Part shown: positions 28,454 to 38,959 of the stretch, one piece after another
Numbering within the stretch: the stretch's first letter is position 1
Layout of the letters: each line of letters starts with the position of its first letter
Virus record (IMG/VR): IMGVR_UViG_3300013126_000009
Reading direction: 5' to 3' (one strand)
Length of the DNA: 64,000 bases
Source of the DNA: a virus
Lineage: Duplodnaviria > Heunggongvirae > Uroviricota > Caudoviricetes
Made by a program: the position numbers and the translations under genes
The notes under the pieces: model-generated
The model's database searches: none
What the model was told of the DNA's origin: nothing
Seen by the model: only the letters and a program-made list of their open reading frames with translations

Positions 28454-29539
28454 TTAGTTCACCTTTATATTCTTTGATAGCATAGTTTCTACAGGGTATT
28501 CCAAATATTCTTTAAGATAATTTTCACCATCAACAGCTGATGGCTTAAGACCTGGGAATCGATGAACGTGATTCATAAACGCCAACTCCAATTTTTTAAG
28601 ATAATCCAATAACGTATCACCAAAAACAACTGGATGAGCATTTTCGATTATATTCAATAATTCTTCATCTGAAATATAGTTTTCGTTATTACCTAATATA
28701 TAATCTCTATCAGTATCTGAATGACCTAAGATATTGATTTTATCAGAAACAATATTAATGACGCTACCATTTTTAGTATTATTACCTCCACTACCATCGG
28801 TTGCTGTTGGTTTTGTTGGTGAAAACTCTTGTCCTGATAAATTAAAGTTATAACCACCTTGACTGAACCCGTTTGAGCCACCTGTTTGGTTAGAGTTTTG
28901 TTTTTTAGCTATTGGGGCATCGAATCTGATTTGAATATATGATGGGTTTTTTGAATTGAAAACGAGATTGTTATTTAATTCATGTTGTCCAGCACGTATG
29001 AGTGTTTCATTCACCTTTAAAATTATATCAGCATTGTCTCTACCTTGTAGTGCTATATCCTCTCTTTTTGGAAATACACCAATGGCTGATTTAAGTGTAT
29101 CGATATCTAAATTTGGACTTACTGGTGATATTGCTAAACTGGCTAAAGCTGTTTTATCGACAGTATCTTTGAATAAATTTGCTGGGCTTGAGATTATTGG
29201 TCCAAAATATAATCTATCTGAGTATCTATTTGCTGGGTCTAATAAAATGATAAAGACCATTTCACCAACTTTTGGTACTATATTAACATGTTTTGGTAAT
29301 AATGGGTAACAATTGGGTAATTGTGAATTAGCTAGGTCTTTATCAAAGACGTTTGAGTCAATCCGACATCTTATTAGGTTTGGGTCAGCATTGAATTGTT
29401 CATCTGATTTTTTTTGAGCTTCGTTGGTGGTATCAATAGCAACTTTACCAACAATAGTTACAACACCGATTTGTATTGTTGCACTTTGCAGGTTATAGTT
29501 GAAAGCATTACCTATTCCAGTTGAAAACTTAGTGCTCAT
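28454..29539 (-). CDS. baseplate hub/spike-like protein (gp5/VgrG-like)
   Basis: OB-fold-like N-terminus IRCRI..PKVGEMVFII; LQGRDNADI; C-terminal NHVH. Confidence 0.55.
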   Translation of the reverse strand: MSTKFSTGIGNAFNYNLQSATIQIGVVTIVGKVAIDTTNEAQKKSDEQFNADPNLIRCRIDSNVFDKDLANSQLPNCYPLLPKHVNIVPKVGEMVFIILLDPANRYSDRLYFGPIISSPANLFKDTVDKTALASLAISPVSPNLDIDTLKSAIGVFPKREDIALQGRDNADIILKVNETLIRAGQHELNNNLVFNSKNPSYIQIRFDAPIAKKQNSNQTGGSNGFSQGGYNFNLSGQEFSPTKPTATDGSGGNNTKNGSVINIVSDKINILGHSDTDRDYILGNNENYISDEELLNIIENAHPVVFGDTLLDYLKKLELAFMNHVHRFPGLKPSAVDGENYLKEYLEYPVETMLSKNIKVN

Positions 29540-29705
29540 TATTACGTTCTTTTAATATTCTATTGATTTTAGCAAATTCTTTTTCTAAGTCAATTAGTTT
29601 GTCATAATCTTTTAATATTTTACTTTTCAACGACTCATGTTCATTGTAAAGTTCTTTTGCTTTAACAACTAAATCATTATTTGATTTGAATTCCAATTTT
29701 TCCAT
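29529..29705 (-). CDS. 58-aa coiled-coil protein (below track cutoff)
   Basis: MEKLEFKSNNDLVVKAKELYNEHESLK...; fills the gap between neighbours. Confidence 0.6.
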   Translation of the reverse strand: MEKLEFKSNNDLVVKAKELYNEHESLKSKILKDYDKLIDLEKEFAKINRILKERNNEH

Positions 29706-29717
29706 AACTCAGTTAAT

Positions 29718-30164
29718 TTATTGTGCCACACCATTACTTTCTGTAATATTGATATTTGTACCAACAACGGTTACAGGTCCACCACCATTTGCACCACTTG
29801 CATTTATAATCATAGCACCAGGGTCAATTACGCTACTTATTTTCATTTCAGTTTGTATGGCATTGACTATTTCTTCCATTCTTATAAGTTCTAATGCTGT
29901 CATAACATTATTACCTTCTTGAAATATTTCACCGTTAACAGCGTCTGATTCTGAAAATCTGGAAATAACTCTTGCAGCAATATCACGAGCGCTAAGACCT
30001 GGTCTTAGTTTAGCACCGATAAAAATTAACGGTGGTGGTAATGTATCTGCTGGTTGTTTCATTAATGAGAAAGCTGATAGCAATATTTTTAAGATATTAC
30101 TCATAGAACTGAAACTACCGTTAGATGTCGTTGATTTCTGTGGACTTCTATTACATTCAGCCAT
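29718..30164 (-). CDS. putative structural protein
   Basis: 148 aa in baseplate-like late cluster. Confidence 0.55.
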   Translation of the reverse strand: MAECNRSPQKSTTSNGSFSSMSNILKILLSAFSLMKQPADTLPPPLIFIGAKLRPGLSARDIAARVISRFSESDAVNGEIFQEGNNVMTALELIRMEEIVNAIQTEMKISSVIDPGAMIINASGANGGGPVTVVGTNINITESNGVAQ

Positions 30165-30166
30165 GA

Positions 30167-31600
30167 TTAAAAAGTTATTGGACTATTTTCGCGAATCATT
30201 CTTATCACGTCCTGTGGTACACCGACAAGACTTAATAAGATGGCTAATTGAGCGTTTGCCTTTTCTTTCAACGCCTCAACTTGATTTGCGGCAATTAATT
30301 TTGTTATATATTTAAGTACTAATTGTAATAATATTGTTATTATTTTATCTCTAATAACATTAATTATTCTTTGTATAAGTACTTTATTCTGTTTAAGTAA
30401 ATCTATAGGATTTGTAAATTCCGCACCAAATCCATGAACAATCTTATAGTTCAATAAGAATATTGAAATAACCTTTGGTCCTAATATAGCATTAACATAG
30501 GCTTTAATTAATGATTTGAACATAAGCCCCATAAAATCCAATTGAACAGCATATTCATCAACAGGGTCACCAGCAAAACTGGATACGTGGTTGGCCATAT
30601 CATTAAGATTGGTTCTAATAACTTCATGTTGTTCAAATCTTGTACCAGCTGACACAGAAGTAAATTGTTCTTTTAGTGCTGTTAAGAATTCGATTGGCAT
30701 ATTTACATCAACATCACCACAGGTTTTAATTTGTCTAATACCGTTACGTCTATTTGTTGCAGCTTCTTTTATATCCTGTAATTGTTCATTTGTGAACTCA
30801 AAATAAGTGTCATCGATAACATAATCGTCATCAGCATTGGTAATACATTCAATGACAGCATTAATTTTTTCTTCCATTTCCAATTGTGATTCACTCTTAT
30901 TCACTGATAGATTAAAAGAAACACTACCGAATAAACCATCAATTAATTTGGTTATAAGTTGTGTTGATGGAAACATTGTTAGACTGTCAATAAAGTCATT
31001 ATTTAGGTCAGTCAATGTACGGGTATCGTATGCTGGGTCAGCTTTAATTGTTAACGTATTATATGGCACGTTTGAACCTTGGTTGAATTCAAAGGTTAAA
31101 ATTCCTTGCCATGAATATTGTGTACCTTCGTCTTGAATAACGTAATATAAGAAAGTATTAAAATCAGTTGAGCCAGTTTGTGCTGCGATATCTTCATAAA
31201 TAAGATTACCAGCTTGTGTTGTTGGGTCGGTTTTTAATATTTCAAAGAAATCGATTTTCTTTACTTGTATCTGTATACCAGAGCCAGTACTTTGTAACCA
31301 TGATGGTAATGATGGGTCAACACCACAGGATGTGAGGCTTTTTAATTGGACCTTTAAAACGTCTTTAACAACGTCTTCCATTGTTTCTGACGCATATGAT
31401 AGTATATCAACTAAAGTGTCCCTAAGTTCTTCAAAACCAGTTAATGATAATATAAGGTCTATTAAGAATTGTTGTGGGTCAGCTGAATTGTTGATTGATG
31501 GGAATGAGTTATTTATCTTTAGCTGAGGAAAATCATCAGTTAAAGTACGTAACGCTGAAATGTTACCAAATACCTTTTCTTTGTCCTTTAATATTGGCAT
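30167..31600 (-). CDS. putative structural protein
   Basis: 477 aa, coupled to neighbours in late cluster. Confidence 0.55.
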   Translation of the reverse strand: MPILKDKEKVFGNISALRTLTDDFPQLKINNSFPSINNSADPQQFLIDLILSLTGFEELRDTLVDILSYASETMEDVVKDVLKVQLKSLTSCGVDPSLPSWLQSTGSGIQIQVKKIDFFEILKTDPTTQAGNLIYEDIAAQTGSTDFNTFLYYVIQDEGTQYSWQGILTFEFNQGSNVPYNTLTIKADPAYDTRTLTDLNNDFIDSLTMFPSTQLITKLIDGLFGSVSFNLSVNKSESQLEMEEKINAVIECITNADDDYVIDDTYFEFTNEQLQDIKEAATNRRNGIRQIKTCGDVDVNMPIEFLTALKEQFTSVSAGTRFEQHEVIRTNLNDMANHVSSFAGDPVDEYAVQLDFMGLMFKSLIKAYVNAILGPKVISIFLLNYKIVHGFGAEFTNPIDLLKQNKVLIQRIINVIRDKIITILLQLVLKYITKLIAANQVEALKEKANAQLAILLSLVGVPQDVIRMIRENSPITF

Positions 31601-31986
31601 TATTCGTCATCTTGATTTTTTGTCTTGCTTCGTTCTTCAATCATTTTTCTAACCATGCTGAAATCATCCAATTTTACCTCACCGCCTGAAGCGTTTGCTA
31701 ACGTTGCGGCAACATCACCAGCATGTTTTATTGAGTCATTCTGTAATCTAGCAATTTCCAACTTAACCTTTATATTTGCAGTTTTTTCTTTAATTGCATC
31801 AGTTTTGGCCTTTGAAATCTTTGTATAATCATCAACATCGACAGGTTCTGCTGAAGTTGATAGTTCGGTTATTGTTGATTGTGCGTCTCGTATATTTGCA
31901 CAGGCTTCATTATAAACCTCCTGTAATACACCTTCTAAACTGGTTATATTATTTATTTTGACTTGTTGTTTCTTTTTGCGTGGCAT
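31600..31986 (-). CDS. helical late protein
   Basis: 128 aa; ATATTTAT at 32006..32013. Confidence 0.55.
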   Translation of the reverse strand: MPRKKKQQVKINNITSLEGVLQEVYNEACANIRDAQSTITELSTSAEPVDVDDYTKISKAKTDAIKEKTANIKVKLEIARLQNDSIKHAGDVAATLANASGGEVKLDDFSMVRKMIEERSKTKNQDDE

Positions 31987-32031
31987 GATTATTCAATTTA
32001 TATATATAAATATCGTATAATCAATAATTTA

Positions 32032-32769
32032 TTAAAGGTCACCATTATCGATACCATCAAATTTTATCAAACCATACATTACTTTATATCTTTTCATTGA
32101 GTGTCGTATATCTTTGGTCGATAACCCAGAGATGTTTCGCATTATCTCCAATATTGCGATTTTATTGTATTTGTTACCTTCACTTAATGCTTTTAGTATT
32201 GTTTCACGTTCTGTCAATATGGTAATTAAGGTATTACCAACCTTTTCCTCAATATCGGTTAATTTTCTAATATCGCCATTATTTGATGCGATTATTTCTT
32301 TTTTTATTCCAGTAATTAAATTTTCGATAAATTTATCCAGATTAATATCTGTGGATTCCATTTCATATTGATATTCATCAGTTGTTTCTAAATATCCCTT
32401 TACGTTATCCCAAGAATCAAACTTTTTTAAAGTTTTGTCATCATCGATAAGTCTACCAATCAGATAACGCTTAATAATTGTCCCATAGTAAGAATAAGCT
32501 TTTGTATTCTTTGTACCATCAAATTTATCCGCTTTCATTATTAAGTTGCTGAGAGCATCAGCATGCAATTCTTCAAATGATATGCCTTCTCTATAGAGCT
32601 TGTATCTTTTTATGATGTATTCCACCATCTTATTCAGAGGCTCCCTTAGGTGTTTGTTATAGATTATGTTACGTTCAGTTTGTGACTCTGAGCTAACATA
32701 ATCTATAACTGCTTGTTCTTGCTCTGGGCCGAAATAGTTATTAGATGTTTTTTTTCGTCCCTTTGCCAT
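32032..32769 (-). CDS. late-transcription sigma factor (T4 gp55-like)
   Basis: NYFGPEQEQAVIDY; region-2-like EELHADALSNLIMKADKFDGTKNTKAYSYYGTII. Confidence 0.65.
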   Translation of the reverse strand: MAKGRKKTSNNYFGPEQEQAVIDYVSSESQTERNIIYNKHLREPLNKMVEYIIKRYKLYREGISFEELHADALSNLIMKADKFDGTKNTKAYSYYGTIIKRYLIGRLIDDDKTLKKFDSWDNVKGYLETTDEYQYEMESTDINLDKFIENLITGIKKEIIASNNGDIRKLTDIEEKVGNTLITILTERETILKALSEGNKYNKIAILEIMRNISGLSTKDIRHSMKRYKVMYGLIKFDGIDNGDL

Positions 32770-32778
32770 ATTATTGAT

Positions 32779-33570
32779 TTAAGCTTCGTATTTTATTTTT
32801 CTATCTTCTGACCAATAATATTCTTTTTTAGCTTGGTCAAGCCACCATTTTGACTCAACAGGGTTAAGCTCTGAAGTATATGAATGAAATAATGAACCTT
32901 CGCGCATATTGGTGTGCTTATAACCGAATTTCGGTATTGTCATTACTTTGGCGTCATTATATGTCATTCTAAGTAGGAATTCATAAATAAATGTCAATTT
33001 AATTGACGGTTTGAATCCACCAAAATTGTCGAATAGTTCTTTTTTGATTACCATACCATCAATATTAAAATTTTGATACGCCAACAAAGCACCATTATCC
33101 AACATACCCATTTCATCTGAGAATCTATATGCCCATACAGCTTCGTTTGTTGTACCAACAAATTGCCCATTACCATCAACGTCAGCGATTATTGGTAAGA
33201 ATACATCCACTTCTGGATAAGCTTCTTTATATTCGACAACATTCTTAAACCAGATTTTAGCATATTCATCATCATATTCCAATATTGAAAGGTAGGTCGT
33301 TTCAACTTTGGATACACCAAAATTAACTTGACTACAGAAATCTGTTTCACCGTCATTTTCCAACACCTCAAAGATTGTTTTATTTTCACCAAAATCATAG
33401 GTTGACATATATTTGAATGCGTCACCCCCTTTTGGTACAACAATAAGTACCTTATCAGGCATTATTGTTTGTAGATTAATACTTTGAATTGCTATATCAA
33501 ATAACGGTTTAGTGTTATCATTCAATTCATGTACGGGTAATATTACCGTTACGTCAGTTTTATTGCTCAT
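32779..33570 (-). CDS. GT2-like glycosyltransferase
   Basis: VTVILPVH, QVNFGV, ILEYDD, YEFLLR. Confidence 0.8.
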   Translation of the reverse strand: MSNKTDVTVILPVHELNDNTKPLFDIAIQSINLQTIMPDKVLIVVPKGGDAFKYMSTYDFGENKTIFEVLENDGETDFCSQVNFGVSKVETTYLSILEYDDEYAKIWFKNVVEYKEAYPEVDVFLPIIADVDGNGQFVGTTNEAVWAYRFSDEMGMLDNGALLAYQNFNIDGMVIKKELFDNFGGFKPSIKLTFIYEFLLRMTYNDAKVMTIPKFGYKHTNMREGSLFHSYTSELNPVESKWWLDQAKKEYYWSEDRKIKYEA

Positions 33571-34693
33571 TTGTTTCAGTTTTAGTTTCTTGTAATTGAT
33601 TTGTTTTTTCCATTAGAGTTTCAATCTCAGCAATTCTATTAGCTACTAAATTGTTATAAACAACCTCTAATTTATCTTTTTGTGCATCTGGTGTGTAATG
33701 ACCTCTTGACGTTTCCATACCATCTAGGATTTCAGCTGGTTCGCTATCTTCTAAATAAAGTTTAAGATATCTACCTATTAGTTCTGGTATGTTCTGTGTA
33801 GTATTCGTCCAAATACCGTTATCTTTAACAATTGGGTAACCATCAGCATCTTTAGTTTCCATCCATTCAGGTAGAATGTTTGGCATTTTACCGATTACTG
33901 GTGTTCTACACTCCATAGCTTCGATTGGGAATGTACCAAAACCAGATAAGTCATCAACCCATACCGCTAAGCAAGATTCAGCCAATTCTTGCGCAAATTG
34001 TTTTCTTGGTAACCCTCTAAGTTCTTTGAACGTAATCCATTTATATAACGGGTATTGTAAGTAGAATGACTTGGTTATTTTAATAATGTCACTTTGATTT
34101 CTAGCGACTAAAGTAACAATCGGTTTTTTAGGCTTATCATTGGGTTTAAAGTATTCAGGAATACTAACTGGGATTACATGTGCATTAATGTCTGGAAAGT
34201 GGTTTTTAATATGTTCAGCAACCCTATTACTGGTTGTAATTACATCATTGAATCCATAGTCAATTGTCCATCTTCTACCGATTGGTAAAACCTCAAACAT
34301 ATATTCTGGACTTTGTGCGAAAACAATTTTCTTACAAGCCATATTTTTTACCTGTTCCATTACACTGGCAAAAATCTCAGGAATGAACATAAAGTCACTA
34401 GGCTTTACCTGTAGTTCTTGTGATTCAATTGAAATGTGGCTTAGTTCGGCATATTCTTCACCTAACCAATCTGCGATACCCATACCCTCATCGTTACCTC
34501 TCAAACGGTAATCGTTTCTCTCGTGTAAAATATGGGCTTTATAACCCATTTCGGTCAATAGTTTTACATGTTCATAGATATTGGCAACACCAGCGGTTGG
34601 ATTACCCTTCGTATCCAATGTGAAAAAGTAAAAGTTTGATTCTTTGTTTTTTAGTTCATTAAGAACAGTTTCTAATTTATTAGTACTTTCCAT
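33560..34693 (-). CDS. GT-B (GT4-like) glycosyltransferase
   Basis: GFGTFPIEAMECRTPVIG. Confidence 0.75.
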   Translation of the reverse strand: MESTNKLETVLNELKNKESNFYFFTLDTKGNPTAGVANIYEHVKLLTEMGYKAHILHERNDYRLRGNDEGMGIADWLGEEYAELSHISIESQELQVKPSDFMFIPEIFASVMEQVKNMACKKIVFAQSPEYMFEVLPIGRRWTIDYGFNDVITTSNRVAEHIKNHFPDINAHVIPVSIPEYFKPNDKPKKPIVTLVARNQSDIIKITKSFYLQYPLYKWITFKELRGLPRKQFAQELAESCLAVWVDDLSGFGTFPIEAMECRTPVIGKMPNILPEWMETKDADGYPIVKDNGIWTNTTQNIPELIGRYLKLYLEDSEPAEILDGMETSRGHYTPDAQKDKLEVVYNNLVANRIAEIETLMEKTNQLQETKTETNEQ

Positions 34694-34695
34694 TT

Positions 34696-35025
34696 TTATT
34701 CGTAAGTTTTTATTATATTATAATTTTCCAATGTATTGAATGCCATAACAAAGTCAAGTGGGGCATCTTTTAGTATTTTTTGTATCCCAAGCCCATTATC
34801 ACCATCTTCTGGCGCATATCGCATAACCGACTCCAATAGTGCTGAAGTTATCTCGTATTTTACTGTATTTATTTCTAACATGGATGGTGTTGATTTAACA
34901 GTTTCTTTAACTATTTTGTTACCATCTTTATCGGTGGTCGTTTCAACCATTTTTTCTTCGTAGAATTCTTCTTTTTTTTCTGTAACAAAGTCACAAAAAG
35001 CGTCAATATCAATGTAATAATCCAT
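34696..35025 (-). CDS. hypothetical protein
   Basis: 109 aa ORF. Confidence 0.6.
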   Translation of the reverse strand: MDYYIDIDAFCDFVTEKKEEFYEEKMVETTTDKDGNKIVKETVKSTPSMLEINTVKYEITSALLESVMRYAPEDGDNGLGIQKILKDAPLDFVMAFNTLENYNIIKTYE

Positions 35026-35039
35026 TAAGTTTTATTTTT

Positions 35040-35633
35040 TTAGTTATTTTCAATAATCGTTTGTCGTAAACCTTCATCACTAATAAAATCCAATAAGGAT
35101 TCAATTGTAAAATCAGCTTCATCTTCAGTATTGTATGAACATTTAACCTTTACAGCTGTTTTACCCTCTGGTTTTGATTCTAAAGCCATTGGATTAGCTG
35201 TTATTAGAATATCAGCATGTTCCCACATTTCTTCATACGATTTGAAAAATTTGATATTAGGGATTTCACATTCAAGTTTTGATAGAAAGAATAATGTGGC
35301 TGGAATTGCTCTACCAACCTCTCTGGACATTATAACAAATTCAACATCTTCCTCTTCGTCAATCATATCCATATATAATGTGTTAAGTTTACCCATTATA
35401 TTGTCATGTAGTTGGTCTGGATGACCGAATATCTCCAAAGAAGCTTCTTTATAGAAAAGATTATACATCTCTTCTTTTGATTCGAATTTATAATGTTTTA
35501 CCAAATCAAAATCGGTAACATCATCTTCAGTAACAACATATTCTTCGTCCTCACGTATTTTAGCCATAACATAACTTAGGTGGCCTAGGAAATCACGTAA
35601 AACCTCATCAATAGTAATACCTATAACTGTCAT
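35040..35633 (-). CDS. 5'(3')-deoxyribonucleotidase-like HAD-fold protein, degenerate motif I
   Basis: IGITIDEVLRD, VIMSR, DILITAN, C-terminal YN. Confidence 0.55.
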   Translation of the reverse strand: MTVIGITIDEVLRDFLGHLSYVMAKIREDEEYVVTEDDVTDFDLVKHYKFESKEEMYNLFYKEASLEIFGHPDQLHDNIMGKLNTLYMDMIDEEEDVEFVIMSREVGRAIPATLFFLSKLECEIPNIKFFKSYEEMWEHADILITANPMALESKPEGKTAVKVKCSYNTEDEADFTIESLLDFISDEGLRQTIIENN

Positions 35634-35682
35634 TTTAATAAGTTTAGATTATTAATATATGACAGATAATGGTTAAGTCAAG

Positions 35683-36645
35683 TTACCATTCGATATTATC
35701 AGTTATGAATTTTTTAATACGCTCAATCAATGTTGGTTTTTTGGGTATTAATTGTTCTAAACTTTTAATTGTCTCAGTTGATGTATTTTCGGTTAGCAAT
35801 TGTTTTTTGGTTTGTGGTTTTGGTTTTTCGCCTCTAAGTTCTTTACTTAGTTTTTCGATATCTTCTTTTGGGTAGTTGTCCAATATTTTACCAATCAATG
35901 GGTTTCTAACTACATCAGAATTTTTAAACTCAAAGAAGCCTATTTCTGGTATATTCTGGTGTTTCATTATTATATCAAATAAACCACTGTCTCTCACATT
36001 CTTGTATCGGTCTGATTGGTCTAAGTCACCAGACAATATTAATTTACTATTTGACCCAATTCTGGTTAATATTGCTTTGCATTGGCTTGGTGATAGATTC
36101 TGAGCTTCTTCTATAATGATGATAGCGTTATCGATACTTTTACCTCTAATGAAACCTAGTGGTTGAATTATTAAACATTCTTTTTCCTCCAATCGCATTC
36201 GATTATATTTACCGATTATCTTATCAAATATATCCAAAGATGATGCGATATGTGGTTCAAGTTTTTCACGTTCAGTACCTGGAATAAAACCAAGTTTTTC
36301 GTCAGCTTCAACCGCAGGTTTTGATATTATAATTCGTGTGTAATTGTTTGATACATTTTGTAGTAATTCAATTGCTCTTGCTATTGAAACAAACGACTTG
36401 CCTGTACCGCTAGGCCCATATGCTATAGTTATTTCGTGGTCACTTATTATTCGAGCATATTCTTTTTGTGCCTCGTTTTTACATTTAAGTCTATATCTTT
36501 CTGGTAGTATTTTATTTACTATTGGTCCTAAATTAAAGTCTTCAGTTCTTGGGTTACTTGAAGGTCTTGTGGTTTTTTTTGCCATGTATTGTAACTCTTT
36601 ACTATTAAATATTCTCGACAACTTATAAAAGTTATAAGTAGTCAA
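35683..36645 (-). CDS. phoH: PhoH-family ATPase (start probably 36585)
   Basis: GPSGTGKS, LGFIPG, FIRGKSI, EEAQN, TRIG, GDLDQSD, VVRNPLI. Confidence 0.9.
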   Translation of the reverse strand: MTTYNFYKLSRIFNSKELQYMAKKTTRPSSNPRTEDFNLGPIVNKILPERYRLKCKNEAQKEYARIISDHEITIAYGPSGTGKSFVSIARAIELLQNVSNNYTRIIISKPAVEADEKLGFIPGTEREKLEPHIASSLDIFDKIIGKYNRMRLEEKECLIIQPLGFIRGKSIDNAIIIIEEAQNLSPSQCKAILTRIGSNSKLILSGDLDQSDRYKNVRDSGLFDIIMKHQNIPEIGFFEFKNSDVVRNPLIGKILDNYPKEDIEKLSKELRGEKPKPQTKKQLLTENTSTETIKSLEQLIPKKPTLIERIKKFITDNIEW

Positions 36646-37603
36646 TATAATTTACACAATCTGGAGCATTTTCTTTTCGTTCAACCATTTCATATTTTGA
36701 ATCCAATTCTTTTTCTCTGAATTGTTCAATTATGCTTTCAGCCCATACAATTGGTTTTGCAATGAATTTTATAACATAACTACCATCAAATTCTATTATT
36801 TTATCGTATGATTCTATCGCAAATTCAAAGTATCTATTATCGGAAATTCCAGTATCTTTATACGTCACAAATGATATTGAATCTATATTAATTAGTGTTG
36901 ATATTCTTGGGTTTTCAATTGTTTTTTTAACATCTATAATGAACATTTTATGTGTTCTATCATATTCGTCTGGATATTTGTTAACATAGAATTCCAATAA
37001 TTTTGTTTCACCATTTATGTCTCTGACATTTAATTTTTTAAGATATCGTTCTAATTTGAATTTTGGTGGGTATGTTCTTTTGATTAGTATTTTACCCTCT
37101 TTTTTAACGTATGTAGTATATTCGCTTAGGTCTATACTACCTAAAGGGTTTGATTCTATTACACCTAAAGAGTGTTTGGTTTCATCAACTTCTTTCAATA
37201 TATTACCATCCAACATATCGGTATAACCCATTGTTTCTGATGACGTATTATCAATTACCAATTCAAGTTCATATGGGTCATTATCATCTATTTTGACCTT
37301 TTTAAGTTTTTGTTTATAGACCTTATCTTTTGCCTCATACTTAACATTACCATCTTTATCGGTTGATATTGTAACGTCTTTACCTTGTAGGTAATCAAGA
37401 ATCTTAAACATTCGCCATCTAAGATTTTTAACCTCTTGGGTAACACGACCTTGCATAAGGTCAAGTATAAATTGATTTTGATTAACTTGTTGTTCTTGGC
37501 CTATATCATCGGATAATGAACCGCCACGTTGTTTAAGAGCATTTCTTTCAACGTTTGCCAAGGCCAGCATAAGGGCCAACATTTGACTGTGTAACCATTT
37601 CAT
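36632..37603 (-). CDS. hypothetical protein
   Basis: 323 aa ORF. Confidence 0.6.
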   Translation of the reverse strand: MKWLHSQMLALMLALANVERNALKQRGGSLSDDIGQEQQVNQNQFILDLMQGRVTQEVKNLRWRMFKILDYLQGKDVTISTDKDGNVKYEAKDKVYKQKLKKVKIDDNDPYELELVIDNTSSETMGYTDMLDGNILKEVDETKHSLGVIESNPLGSIDLSEYTTYVKKEGKILIKRTYPPKFKLERYLKKLNVRDINGETKLLEFYVNKYPDEYDRTHKMFIIDVKKTIENPRISTLINIDSISFVTYKDTGISDNRYFEFAIESYDKIIEFDGSYVIKFIAKPIVWAESIIEQFREKELDSKYEMVERKENAPDCVNYIDYL

Positions 37604-37863
37604 TTTTCTGCACGTAATTGTTCACTTTTTCTAACTTTATTCAGTTCAACAAATAACTCATCAATATAATTAAGCATATCATCTTTATCACCGTCAAATT
37701 TACGTATAAACCAATCTAAAAATGAAAGCGTGACGCCACAATGTTCCGTTACGGTGTTAAAGTATCCTATATCTCTAATATGATGTTGTGCTTGATTACC
37801 GATTAACATATCAATAATCGCTACTCTGTCTTTAATATCAACTGTTTCTTTATTTTTATGCAT
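37600..37863 (-). CDS. hypothetical protein
   Basis: ATG at 37863 (track start 37887). Confidence 0.5.
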   Translation of the reverse strand: MHKNKETVDIKDRVAIIDMLIGNQAQHHIRDIGYFNTVTEHCGVTLSFLDWFIRKFDGDKDDMLNYIDELFVELNKVRKSEQLRAEK

Positions 37864-38020
37864 TAAGTATATTGTTTTCTTGGTCAATAATAAAGTGTCT
37901 AATTGATTGTTTCTTTACAAATGATAATGCTTTATCAAAACTATCAAAAGTCTTTACTAATGTGAACGGAACTAACGGTTCCATGTGTCCATATGATACT
38001 GAGTCAAATATTCTATACAT
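37856..38020 (-). CDS. 54-aa hypothetical protein (below track cutoff)
   Basis: MYRIFDSVSYGHMEPLVPFTLVKTF...; fills gap. Confidence 0.45.
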   Translation of the reverse strand: MYRIFDSVSYGHMEPLVPFTLVKTFDSFDKALSFVKKQSIRHFIIDQENNILNA

Positions 38021-38023
38021 AAT

Positions 38024-38959
38024 TTATTTCCTTACTTTATCGTAATTATTAACAAACCACTCAATTGTTTCTTTTAAACCATCACGCAATGGTGTAAACT
38101 CAAAATCTGGTAAATATTTTTTTAACTTTGAATTATCTGTAGGTTTTCTATATTGCCCGTCTGGTTTACTATCATCCCAAATAACATCCCCAGTGAAATT
38201 CATTAACTCAGTAATTAAATTGACGACCTCTTTTATTGAAACTTCTACAGATGGTGATAGTATTATTGGTTCTGGTTCATCGTAATTAGTTAAAACCCAT
38301 TCGGTTAATTTAGCCACGTCTTTATTATACATAAACTCCCTTAGTGGTTTACCTGTACCCCAAACGATTAAAGGTTCATTATTAATTTTAGCTAAATAAC
38401 ATTTATGAATTAATGACGGTATTACGTGACCATTTTCAATGTTAAAATTATCATTGATTCCATATATATTGGTTGGTATAACACATTTATAATTTAGACC
38501 ATATTGTTCTCGATATGCTCTTATCTGTATATCAGCCATACGTTTAGCATGGGCATAGGCATCATTTGAATTATGTGGTGGGCCTAAGTGTATTTTATCT
38601 TCGGTTAAAGGGTATGTAACGTCATCTGGAAAAATGCATGTTGATAAAAATACAACAAGATTTTTAATATTGTATTTTCTACAGGCTTCTATAACGTTAG
38701 TATTCATCATTATATTATCATAGAAGAATTCACCCTTATATGTCATATTAGCACCGACACCACCAACCTTAGCCGCAGTATGAATAACTCTATCAACAGC
38801 ATAGTCACCTTGTCTATCCCTATCAGTATAGAATTCAAATATATAGTCGGTACTTTTTTGGTTTCGTAAATCACACACTTTTGAATTTAGCGCTATGATA
38901 TTACCCTCAAATTGTGAACCGATTAAACCACTTTGACCTGTAACTAAAAGTCTCCCCAT
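38024..38959 (-). CDS. fcl: GDP-L-fucose synthase / GDP-colitose synthase-like reductase
   Basis: TGQSGLIG, AAKVGG..N, LSTCIFP, YAHAK, PTNIYG, HVIPSL, WGTGKPLREF, KPDGQ. Confidence 0.9.
   Translation of the reverse strand: MGRLLVTGQSGLIGSQFEGNIIALNSKVCDLRNQKSTDYIFEFYTDRDRQGDYAVDRVIHTAAKVGGVGANMTYKGEFFYDNIMMNTNVIEACRKYNIKNLVVFLSTCIFPDDVTYPLTEDKIHLGPPHNSNDAYAHAKRMADIQIRAYREQYGLNYKCVIPTNIYGINDNFNIENGHVIPSLIHKCYLAKINNEPLIVWGTGKPLREFMYNKDVAKLTEWVLTNYDEPEPIILSPSVEVSIKEVVNLITELMNFTGDVIWDDSKPDGQYRKPTDNSKLKKYLPDFEFTPLRDGLKETIEWFVNNYDKVRK

Noticed and set aside
31600-31986. Terminase small subunit
   Set aside because: Size and late motif fit, but no recognisable motif and far from terL
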